Positions 55,458 to 64,000 of a stretch of DNA of 64,000 bases are shown here, piece after piece. Every line of letters starts with the position of its first letter. Position 1 is the first letter of the stretch. The DNA lies in the IMG/VR virus record IMGVR_UViG_3300039191_000223, positions 38,700 through 102,699 of that record. One strand, given 5' to 3'. Under the pieces are notes generated by a model. The model searched no databases and had not been told where the DNA came from. It saw nothing but the letters and a program-made list of their open reading frames with translations. A program made the translations under genes and the position numbers. The DNA is from a virus.

Positions 55458-55958
55458 ATGGCTGCAAATGATAAGAACGATAAGAATGAAGTAAAAGTAA
55501 AAAAGCCGAAGAAGAAAAAGAACTACCTGAACAACAAGGATATGATGGCGGAGTTAAGGAAATGTCATGAGCAGGGGCAAATGACCGCTGAGTTTGCCAA
55601 GATGATTATGCTTTTAGCTGAACGCTATGGTAGTCGATTTGAATACTCCGACTATTCGGGACATATCGAAGATATGAAATCATCCGCTGTTCTTAATGTA
55701 GTTCGCGCGTGGAAAAGCTTCGACTTGGAGAAATACGATAACCCATTCGCATACTTTACACAAGCTATAAAACACAACTTCTGGCAATACGCCTCACAAG
55801 AAAAGAAGCACCGTCTTAATCGTGATTCCCTGTTGATCGATATGGGTGAATTGCCGTCAGATGCCTACATGGAAGATCATGAAAAGGAGAGGGCGGCGCA
55901 GCGTGCAGAGGCCAACGGAGATAAAAGTGAAAAAAATAAAGAGGGCACAAATGAATAA
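55458..55958 (+). CDS. late transcription sigma factor (gp55-like)
   Basis: NYLNNKD...NPFAYFTQ...EKK. Confidence 0.9.
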   Translation: MAANDKNDKNEVKVKKPKKKKNYLNNKDMMAELRKCHEQGQMTAEFAKMIMLLAERYGSRFEYSDYSGHIEDMKSSAVLNVVRAWKSFDLEKYDNPFAYFTQAIKHNFWQYASQEKKHRLNRDSLLIDMGELPSDAYMEDHEKERAAQRAEANGDKSEKNKEGTNE

Positions 55959-56985
55959 AGCCGCCTGTTTCACAGACATTCATTGGGGTAGGAAGAACAA
56001 CTCCGAATTACATAACCAAGACTGTTTGCGATTCATTGATTGGTTCTGCGAACAAGTCCGTGCAGACGACAACATAGACCACATCGTCTTTATGGGCGAC
56101 TGGTTTGAGCATCGAAACGCTCTCAACGGTCTAACACTAGATTATGCATATCGTGGTGCCAAGAAGCTACAGGCTTTAAACCTGCCAGTATATTTCATTG
56201 TAGGTAACCATGATCTGTACTATCGGACAACAAGGGAGGTATTCTCAACAAACTTCTTCGATGCTCTCGGATTCAACATGATCCAAGAACCAACCGTCAT
56301 AGAAGAGCTTGGGGAAACGGGGGCACTCATGTGTCCCTTCCTCTTTGAAAGCGAGTATGCTAGTCTGGTATCTTACCTCAAAGTGCCGGTTTGGTTCGGC
56401 CACTTTGAATTCAAAGGGTTCGTCATCACTGGCGATACGAAGAAGATGGAACATGGTCCAGATGCTAAAGAGTTTAAAAGTGCTCGACGTATATTCTCTG
56501 GCCATTTCCATAAGAGGCAAGCAGAAGGAAACGTGACCTATATTGGCAATGCATTCCCCGCAGATTTTAGCGATGCGAACGACAATAAACGGGGTATGAT
56601 GATCTACCAATACGATAGGGATGGGGTTGAGTTCATAGATTGGCCGGATTGTCCTAGTTATATCAAGACAACATTGACCAAACTTGCTGCTGATCCCAAA
56701 GGTATTCTGCGCAAAGATGCAGTTGTAAACTGCGTGGTCGATAAAGACATTACACTAGAACAGAGTGTGAAGCTGCGAGAACAGCTTACCAAGAAATTCA
56801 GCCTACGAGAATTGAACCTGCAAGAGAATCCTGAACGGCTCGCATCACTTGAAGACACTGCGATTGATGAAGCAGAACTTGAAGAACTCGATACAACCGA
56901 CGCTCTCGTAGAAAACATGCTCAGCAAGATAGAAGCTGACAGCATCAACAATGACAAACTTATCAAACTATACAAGGAGCTTTGA
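55951..56985 (+). CDS. recombination endonuclease (gp47/Mre11/SbcD-like)
   Basis: TDIHWG, GDWF, GNHD, GHFH. Confidence 0.95.
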   Translation: MNKAACFTDIHWGRKNNSELHNQDCLRFIDWFCEQVRADDNIDHIVFMGDWFEHRNALNGLTLDYAYRGAKKLQALNLPVYFIVGNHDLYYRTTREVFSTNFFDALGFNMIQEPTVIEELGETGALMCPFLFESEYASLVSYLKVPVWFGHFEFKGFVITGDTKKMEHGPDAKEFKSARRIFSGHFHKRQAEGNVTYIGNAFPADFSDANDNKRGMMIYQYDRDGVEFIDWPDCPSYIKTTLTKLAADPKGILRKDAVVNCVVDKDITLEQSVKLREQLTKKFSLRELNLQENPERLASLEDTAIDEAELEELDTTDALVENMLSKIEADSINNDKLIKLYKEL

Positions 56986-59159
56986 TGTCAACGCCAGTCA
57001 AGTTCAAAGAGCTAACCCTACGAAATTTTATGTCGTATGGTAACAACGATACTACAATCAATCTAGATTTCAACGAGCCAATCCTTATTATAGGGAAGAA
57101 CCACGATGCTATCGTAAACGGTCAGATTGATAGTAACGGTGCAGGTAAATCCGCCATACTAGATGCACTGGCATATGCACTGTACGATAAGACTATCTCC
57201 AATAAAGAGAAGTCTAATCTCATCAACAACATCAACAAAAAGAACTTGGAAGTAACATTGACCTTTGAAAAGGACGGTGTTACATACAAGATCATTCGCA
57301 TGCGTAAAAGCAAAACAAAAGCTGATGTTCAATTTCTTGTCTCCAACAAAGATCAAGAGTTTGTAGATAAGACACCTGACAGTATCGCAAATACCAACAA
57401 AGAAGTGGAACGTATCATTGGCCTACCGTTTGATGTATTCTCTCGCATCATCGTATTCAGTGCGAGCTTTCAACCATTCCTTGATCTACCCAGCCGCCAT
57501 GCCAATAAGGCAAGTCAAACTAGCATCATGGAAGAGTTATTCGGCTATACCGAGCTTACCGATAAGGCTGAAGCCCTCAAAGAAAAGATCAAAGGTGTGA
57601 AAGGTGAATTTTCCCATCTACAGGACTTACAGGAACAAGTAAACCAAGAGAAAGAGCGTCACGCGAAGCAACTCAGTGACGTTTCTGAGCGGCTACAATC
57701 GTGGGATGTTGAACACCGCGATAAGATTTTTGATAAGAGCGCTAAACTCGAAGAGCTACGTAAAATTGATCTTGATAGCGAACGCACTATACAGGAGAAA
57801 TTAAAGAAGATACGTGAAGATATTGGTACACTGGAGTCAGACAACAGAGTAGTAGAATCGGAAAAGAAGTCTCTCGAACATCAACGTGATACACAGACAG
57901 CCCAGATCGCACGCCTGAAAAAAGCACGCGAAACGGTAGAGCTTATCGAAAGCAAGATTGATTTTGATAAGCAATTGAAAATCATAGAATCCATTGTTGA
58001 AAAAGAGAGTGACGTGAAGGAGCAGTACGATTTCGTAAAATATTACACTTCACAGGTTGAAGAGAATAAAGCTACAGACATTGAACTGCAAAGGGAACTT
58101 GAGACCCTAAAGTCTAATAAATGCCCTTACTGTAGCCAAGCAATGCACGACGCTGAAGAAAGGATCAAGAATCTACATCCCACTCTTGTTGAGCTTGGCA
58201 ATGTTATTACCGAGAACGAAGCCAAACGAGATGAGGCGGCATCTAAGCTAGCAGCTGCCGAAGATAACGTAGAGAAGCTTACGAAGAAATCTATTTTCAA
58301 AGGCTCTATGGGAGAATACAACAAAGTACGCGACCAGTATAGAGACAATAAAGCTTTGCTGGAATCTAGCGAAGAGAGTAATGGTGTTGATTTAGATTTG
58401 GCAATTGAAAGCAAAGAAAGCGACATCATAAGCATTCGGGAAAAAATCAGTATCAAGCGAACAGAGCTTAAAACTATGCAAGACTCCACGGATTTTGATA
58501 GCGCATCTGCAATTGAACGTATTGTTGTGAATATTGAGAACTTAGAAAATACACTAGAAGGGCTCAAGAAAGAAAGCAATCCACACAAAGCAACGTTTGA
58601 TGACTTGAATAATGTTGAGTTCAAAAATGATCATGCCGAAAAGCTAAATGATCTTGACGTAGAACTCCGGCATCAGGAATTTTTACTCAAGCTACTTACC
58701 AAAAAGGATTCGTTCGTAAGAAAGAATTTGTTGGACCGTAGCCTTCCATTCTTGAACAAAAGATTGATGATATACTTGGAGAAGTTAGGACTGCCACACC
58801 GCGTTGAATTCCAGCCGGATATGTCTGCAAAAATTTCACAGTTTGGTACTGAGTTAGACTTCAGCAGCCTTTCATCCGGTCAAAGGGCACGGGTTAACCT
58901 AGCACTGGCTTTCGCCTTCCGCGATGTGCTACAAGCTAGACATGGTAAGATTTCGTTCTGTATGCTTGACGAATGTCTAGATACTGGATTGGGTAACGTT
59001 GGTGTTCAACTAGCTTCCAAGATGATCAAGGAAATCGCCACGGAGGATGGTATGTCTATGTTTATTATATCGCACCGTGACGAGATTGCCAGTATGTTCA
59101 AGAACCAGATGGTTGTTGAATTGGAGAATGGCTTCTCACGTATCGATCAAGCTGCCTGA
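56985..59159 (+). CDS. recombination ATPase (gp46/Rad50/SbcC-like)
   Basis: NGAGKS, CPYC zinc hook, LSSGQ, LDE, ISH. Confidence 0.96.
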   Translation: MSTPVKFKELTLRNFMSYGNNDTTINLDFNEPILIIGKNHDAIVNGQIDSNGAGKSAILDALAYALYDKTISNKEKSNLINNINKKNLEVTLTFEKDGVTYKIIRMRKSKTKADVQFLVSNKDQEFVDKTPDSIANTNKEVERIIGLPFDVFSRIIVFSASFQPFLDLPSRHANKASQTSIMEELFGYTELTDKAEALKEKIKGVKGEFSHLQDLQEQVNQEKERHAKQLSDVSERLQSWDVEHRDKIFDKSAKLEELRKIDLDSERTIQEKLKKIREDIGTLESDNRVVESEKKSLEHQRDTQTAQIARLKKARETVELIESKIDFDKQLKIIESIVEKESDVKEQYDFVKYYTSQVEENKATDIELQRELETLKSNKCPYCSQAMHDAEERIKNLHPTLVELGNVITENEAKRDEAASKLAAAEDNVEKLTKKSIFKGSMGEYNKVRDQYRDNKALLESSEESNGVDLDLAIESKESDIISIREKISIKRTELKTMQDSTDFDSASAIERIVVNIENLENTLEGLKKESNPHKATFDDLNNVEFKNDHAEKLNDLDVELRHQEFLLKLLTKKDSFVRKNLLDRSLPFLNKRLMIYLEKLGLPHRVEFQPDMSAKISQFGTELDFSSLSSGQRARVNLALAFAFRDVLQARHGKISFCMLDECLDTGLGNVGVQLASKMIKEIATEDGMSMFIISHRDEIASMFKNQMVVELENGFSRIDQAA

Positions 59160-59644
59160 GAAGCTATCCACACGATAGTCTCATATATTTCAAGGTCGTA
59201 CATCGGTAGAGTTTTGAATTCTCCAATGATGACGACCTTGAAATCTCCACTATCAACATATCCATCAAATTTAGCCCGCATGTAAGGCCCCACGTAGTTA
59301 CTGTCAAAACATACCTCATCGGTACATACGATGGCATGGCGATAATCTATAACGCCGTCCACAATTCTATCATATGTGATTGCTCGGGGCTCATAACCTC
59401 GCTTCCATAGTTCGTAATAAATTGCACTTGCAAAATCATCACAATCACCAACCACGGTATGTAAGCTAGAATAGTAATTGAATCTTTCAGGGATACCAAA
59501 CTCACCGGAATATTCTTGGGGTTGGAATCTCTTAACTACGGATTCATGAATTGAAATAAAATCATTGGCCTCATCGCGGGTAAGCGCAAAGCAGGGCACC
59601 ATCAATATTGTAGATAACACCAAAACCGTTAACCACCTGTACAT
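59147..59644 (-). CDS. exported transglutaminase-like cysteine peptidase
   Basis: Signal peptide, GDCDDFA, HA, FD triad. Confidence 0.75.
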   Translation of the reverse strand: MYRWLTVLVLSTILMVPCFALTRDEANDFISIHESVVKRFQPQEYSGEFGIPERFNYYSSLHTVVGDCDDFASAIYYELWKRGYEPRAITYDRIVDGVIDYRHAIVCTDEVCFDSNYVGPYMRAKFDGYVDSGDFKVVIIGEFKTLPMYDLEIYETIVWIASQAA

Positions 59645-59725
59645 CGCAATATTCTCCTTGTGTTACGAATCTACACAAGTATATATTGCACTGCACAAAT
59701 TGTCTATAAATATATGGTTACAGTT

Positions 59726-61411
59726 TTATGACACTACAGTGAATGCATCTTTCCACCACTGTGGTGCGTTCTTTTTATACTTGTTCCATAGGAATCCGAA
59801 GGACTCGTCGAGGATGTAAGTGTTACCCCAATCCTCTGGAGAACGCACTACCCTACCGCCGCCTTGAATGATAGAAATCATGGCCTGCCGCATGTACCAT
59901 TCTTCGGACAAGTCTTTACGCCGCTTCACCCATTCGTCGCCCAGAAAGGGGAATGGTACTTTAACAAAGATAGCAAAACGAGCAGTGTCGTCCATTAGGT
60001 CCAGACCTTCGGTGCATGAAGGTGATACCAGAACCATGGGCTCATTACCTTCATTCTCCGTAAACTCTTCAATGCACTCGTCTCTGCTAGAATTCTCATC
60101 CTGATTGTGTGTGATAACCCGCTGTTTGATCTTGCTCTCAAGTTGGTCTACAAGCCATGAAGAAACTTGAAAACTTCCGGTATGAACGATGCCAGATTCT
60201 CCTTCATGAGCATTACACAGATCGACAACGCGCTTAAGCATCTTGTCACGGTCCTTCGTGCGCTCCGGCTTGTGCCACCCATACGACATTTTAGCGGTCG
60301 GCATGAAGTATACTGGGCGATTGGATGGTGCAAACTCTGATGGCATATCAACCACTGCAATCTGATCCTCTGGAATACCAAGATCACGAGCATAACTGTT
60401 GAAGTCCAGAATCGTGGACGACATGAACAGGAATCTATCAGCCTTCGGCTTTAGGATTTGATTGAACAGATTTGCACCATAAATTTCCTTGAACTCAAAC
60501 GCGGTCTTATCGACCATAAGCACATAGTACTTCTCCAGAACGTCGAAGGATATTTCAGCCAATCGCTTAGTTATAGCACGGTAACGTTTGAACTCTTTGT
60601 ATTCCTTCTTGGTTCTAATCTCAGAAGGTAGTAGAGATGCTTTTGTCTGAAATTCATACTTACTATCAATACCTTTCACGCTCTTTTCTAGCTCGAAATA
60701 CTTACTGTCCACGGCAGGAAAATATTGATCCACAATGAACTGGTGTGCCTCCTTCAAGTTACGTGGCTTGAAGAAACTAGCACCCACTTTCTCACATCGA
60801 CCTTTACTGACAGATACCGCACGATGACTGACTAGATTGTTCTCTAGCGTATGGCACTCATCGAAGACCATGAGGTCTCTTACAGGGAAGTCAGTAGTAT
60901 TCCCCGGAAAAAGTTCAGAATACAGCAGAGCGAGCTTGTAGTTAAGCACAACGTGTGGTGTGGTGCGTATCGACGCAAATGCTTGTTTGGCGGGGCATGA
61001 AACGCACTTAGGCTTGATATCGTCACCAATATCACAGTTCAATCCAAGCTTGGTTGTGCAGAAGTAGTTAGCCTTACCGTAGACCGAAACCAATTCACCG
61101 TTAGTAAAGCTTTCTTCGTACTGTCGTTGAAGGATTCGTTGTGGAGTCAGAATGTAGGAAGTGCCCAATGGGCCATGTCCAAGAAAGCTGGAATACGTAA
61201 CCGCAATTGGCGACTTACCACCACCGACAGGGATTTGACAAAAGATGTATTTTGCATCAGCTGGTAGATTAGCCATCCAATCAAGAACAAACTTCTGGCT
61301 TTCACGCGGCTGATAATCCGGCATTGCCCAGTGGTCCCAAATATTCCTCTTGGACAAGATGGGCCTATTACCTGTCGGTTCTTCAAAATCTACCATATTG
61401 CTCTCTGTCAT
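59726..61411 (-). CDS. DinG/XPD-like helicase
   Basis: PVGGGKS, DECH, MSST, QGGGRVVR. Confidence 0.92.
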   Translation of the reverse strand: MTESNMVDFEEPTGNRPILSKRNIWDHWAMPDYQPRESQKFVLDWMANLPADAKYIFCQIPVGGGKSPIAVTYSSFLGHGPLGTSYILTPQRILQRQYEESFTNGELVSVYGKANYFCTTKLGLNCDIGDDIKPKCVSCPAKQAFASIRTTPHVVLNYKLALLYSELFPGNTTDFPVRDLMVFDECHTLENNLVSHRAVSVSKGRCEKVGASFFKPRNLKEAHQFIVDQYFPAVDSKYFELEKSVKGIDSKYEFQTKASLLPSEIRTKKEYKEFKRYRAITKRLAEISFDVLEKYYVLMVDKTAFEFKEIYGANLFNQILKPKADRFLFMSSTILDFNSYARDLGIPEDQIAVVDMPSEFAPSNRPVYFMPTAKMSYGWHKPERTKDRDKMLKRVVDLCNAHEGESGIVHTGSFQVSSWLVDQLESKIKQRVITHNQDENSSRDECIEEFTENEGNEPMVLVSPSCTEGLDLMDDTARFAIFVKVPFPFLGDEWVKRRKDLSEEWYMRQAMISIIQGGGRVVRSPEDWGNTYILDESFGFLWNKYKKNAPQWWKDAFTVVS

Positions 61412-61569
61412 TATTATTTTTCTCCAAAGTCCCCAGAGTATACCAAACAACCACTGTGAATTCAATCTTGTAACATTTTGTTCACATTTGAGGTACTTTT
61501 CTTCTTTTAAACATGAATTTAAGACAATCGGGGACTCGTCACACTCGGGTACTAACCTTTACAATTGAT

Positions 61570-62110
61570 AGCTTTGGTAGTTTGCAGCTTTACCATAACA
61601 ACAATCTCATATGATTAAGATAGTTGCGCTTTTTTACAAAAGTAGGTTATACTCGTTTGACGACTTAGTGATTTCTTGGCAAGTATTGCGTTCAGCTTAT
61701 CAGGTAGATTTGGATATTCAATATCTCGAAGTGTAATCTAATCCAGAGCGGGTTAGACTCTGGTGCTACACAAGCTCCCATGACTTAAAAAGGCGTATTT
61801 CAGCCCACCATCTGTGTGATTAACCTGTTTGTCCGTTCTTTTCGATGATTGTCACAGAAATCAAACAACCATCGCTATTTGTGCTGATACCGCTACGTGT
61901 TCTTTGCAGAACTCCATGTGCGCAGCCACGCCACACCTCGATGTTGAATTGGTGGGACTTTACCCGCTAACACTAATGTCAAACGTACAATACCGAACCC
62001 ACAGTGATAGACGGAAAGTGCGAGTCCCCATGATGCTTTTTACGGCATCGGTACACTTGAACTCTAAGCCCCACATCCATGTTGAGGCTCCGACATACTT
62101 GCTTTGTATT
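61570..62110. ncRNA. candidate large structured ncRNA
   Basis: About 550 nt without a credible ORF, many hairpins. Confidence 0.4.
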
Positions 62111-62123
62111 GGAATCGAATTGT

Positions 62124-62870
62124 CTACGCTTTTTTAAGTTCTCTTATGGTCTGGTTATAATCTTGTTTACAGTCTCTATATGTTCTCTCGGCAATGTAGT
62201 ACATAACCACACTGTCGTTGATATCTTCTATGGGTTTTGGGACATTCTTGAGTGCAATTACGTTTTTTTGAATATCCCTTAGAAAATTAACCCAGTCAGA
62301 ATCTATCTCATCATTCTCTGTAAGTACCTTATATATGTCTGGCTTCTTGAAACTACCACCAGCGATACCTTCATTATTTCGGTACTCAACTTTTTTACCC
62401 TTTTGAATAGCTGGATAAGTTAATTTCGCTGCGAGTCTCTTGACCGTGGATGGTGCAAGAACAACCATTTCCGTATTAGTTCTAGTGAAGAACTGTCTAC
62501 GAAGCATTGTGCCAAACGTCACCAAGTCAATTAATGGACCCTCAGCAGACGAATAACTATAGCCTTCTATTAGGCAAAGCGTATTGTACGCAGGGTTGCA
62601 GTTGTTGTCAACGGTCTTGCGGATTAAATTTGAAGTTTTCTGGAAGGTCACTAGCTTGTTCATTTCAAGCTGTGAATAAGATTTTTCATTATTGTAACTT
62701 GTATCAATTGGCTCGATTGTAGCATAATCCGAGCACATATCAAACCATAATCTAAGCTTACCGCTCTTTAAAACTGCTGAGCTTTCGGATGGAAACGAGT
62801 ACGGCACACCATTGACGGTGACGGCAGTTCCAATTGGTGAAGGGTCGATGGTAACTATGTTAATCATCAA
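62124..62870 (-). CDS. RuvC-like Holliday junction resolvase
   Basis: TIDPS, IEGYSY, PSTVK, EDINDS. Confidence 0.75.
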   Translation of the reverse strand: MMINIVTIDPSPIGTAVTVNGVPYSFPSESSAVLKSGKLRLWFDMCSDYATIEPIDTSYNNEKSYSQLEMNKLVTFQKTSNLIRKTVDNNCNPAYNTLCLIEGYSYSSAEGPLIDLVTFGTMLRRQFFTRTNTEMVVLAPSTVKRLAAKLTYPAIQKGKKVEYRNNEGIAGGSFKKPDIYKVLTENDEIDSDWVNFLRDIQKNVIALKNVPKPIEDINDSVVMYYIAERTYRDCKQDYNQTIRELKKA

Positions 62871-63624
62871 TTGTCACCAACTTACCTTCGTACTCTGTAA
62901 GCCAATTTTCTATCCCCAAATTGGCAATCATACTTTCTTTAAAAAGATTATTACGATTAGGTGGGGCATCCCACGGAATTACAACATGGGACATAACATT
63001 CATTGGTACAGCATATTGGTTTTGGGGACTAGCCGCATCATGCAACATTTGAACAAACAAATTATCTTCTGATGTGGTAATACCAAAACATGATGTGATT
63101 ATAACTTTGGAAGATATACCCAACGCGGGAGTAACATTATCCCAAAATTCATTTTGTTTATTATAAAAAGCAAAATCATCACACCACAATAAAGAAATGG
63201 TTTCCCCTCTAACTGCATTAGCAGTAGCGGCTACAATAGAAATAGAAGACCCGTTAGAAAATGCTACTTTATCTCTATTGAACGTTGTTATTTTTGGCGT
63301 TAACTCATCAGACATAGATTCCAAAGCATTTCTTATGTTTACCATGATTGAACGCGCGGAATCAACAGTTGTCGATGTTATTACTATATTTTTGTCAGAA
63401 TTGTAGATGCTGTACCATAAAACATAAGCCCACGTAGCCGTGGTTACACCCGATTGCCGAGTATTATGCACAATAGTACGCTTGTTGCTTTGGTATTTTG
63501 CGATGAGTTGGTCTTGATAACCGTAGAGTTTTCTAAACGAACGATTAGGTTGCCTATATGGTGTTTTAATTGCAACTTCGTTGTTTATAAAATCGGAAGG
63601 TGTTGATGAATAATTTGTAGCCAT
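62860..63624 (-). CDS. terminase large subunit ATPase-domain-only paralog
   Basis: YQ, TRQSGVTT, AVRG, WCDDFAF, IITS, TEYEG; no nuclease domain. Confidence 0.75.
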   Translation of the reverse strand: MATNYSSTPSDFINNEVAIKTPYRQPNRSFRKLYGYQDQLIAKYQSNKRTIVHNTRQSGVTTATWAYVLWYSIYNSDKNIVITSTTVDSARSIMVNIRNALESMSDELTPKITTFNRDKVAFSNGSSISIVAATANAVRGETISLLWCDDFAFYNKQNEFWDNVTPALGISSKVIITSCFGITTSEDNLFVQMLHDAASPQNQYAVPMNVMSHVVIPWDAPPNRNNLFKESMIANLGIENWLTEYEGKLVTIDD

Positions 63625-63660
63625 GATGATATCTCCATGGCTTTATTTATTCAATAATTT

Positions 63661-64000
63661 TTAGGATGTAACTATTGCTACCTGTAGGTCATTCTTGTAT
63701 GCAATATCAATCATGTGTTTTGTACCTCTTGAATTATTTACATGAAATGCGAGAAGCGCGTCAGAGAATTCAGCCATTTCTACATTTCGCAAATAACCGG
63801 CACGCTTTCCGTACTTGTCCCAGTTAGCGGGAAACTCATGAACAGTGAAATCGTTCTTATGTGCCCATTCTTTTCCAAACATATCAGGTCCCTTAGCGAG
63901 ACCCGACACAATTTCAATGAGACATCCTTTCTTGGATTGATCTTCAGCGATCTTGTCCAAGAGTTCAAAAACTCTTGCTTTGTTGGTGTACGTGCGGCTG
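63661..64000 (-). CDS. SLOG/DUF2493 family protein (5' end outside window)
   Basis: IVSGLAKGPD...FPANW...AGYLRNVEM...SRGTKHMI. Confidence 0.85.
   Translation of the reverse strand, partial: SRTYTNKARVFELLDKIAEDQSKKGCLIEIVSGLAKGPDMFGKEWAHKNDFTVHEFPANWDKYGKRAGYLRNVEMAEFSDALLAFHVNNSRGTKHMIDIAYKNDLQVAIVTS

Noticed and set aside
1-64000. Genome-wide UGA=Trp or UAG recoding
   Set aside because: TGA and TAG end intact conserved genes, often overlapping the next start (12407-12410, 56983-56987, 2211), and long core genes have no internal stops
1-64000. CRISPR array
   Set aside because: No regularly spaced repeat-spacer units; the recurring motifs are tRNA arms and microsatellites

Overview
Segment of a large T4-like (jumbo) myovirus genome, almost all on the minus strand. 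The right third holds core genes: prohead protease, portal, baseplate-type proteins, gp55-like late sigma factor, gp47/gp46 (Mre11/Rad50), DinG-like helicase and a RuvC-like resolvase. The left 46 kb is an accessory region with about 41 cloverleaf tRNA genes (no Gly in this window; Tyr only as a D-armless form) and about 15 tRNA-like RNAs with missing D arms or rebuilt anticodon arms. It also carries two RNA ligases, a 2H phosphoesterase, a NADAR-like protein, peptide deformylase, GroES, DNA ligase and glycan-modifying enzymes. Best candidate for a new system is a translation-stress circuit with three parts. (1) A 47-codon leader ORF using 34 different codons overlaps a perfect 12-bp antiterminator and an intrinsic terminator directly upstream of the dense tRNA array (41516-41715). 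(2) A domain-1-less RF1-like release factor is interrupted by an in-frame UGA. (3) An amber-anticodon tRNA and a family of tRNA mimics are present. Two bacterial-looking inserts (higA without intact toxin; C5 methyltransferase without nuclease) cut genes at their borders and could be real captures or assembly chimeras. All calls come from reading the sequence by eye; no searches or folding programs were run.
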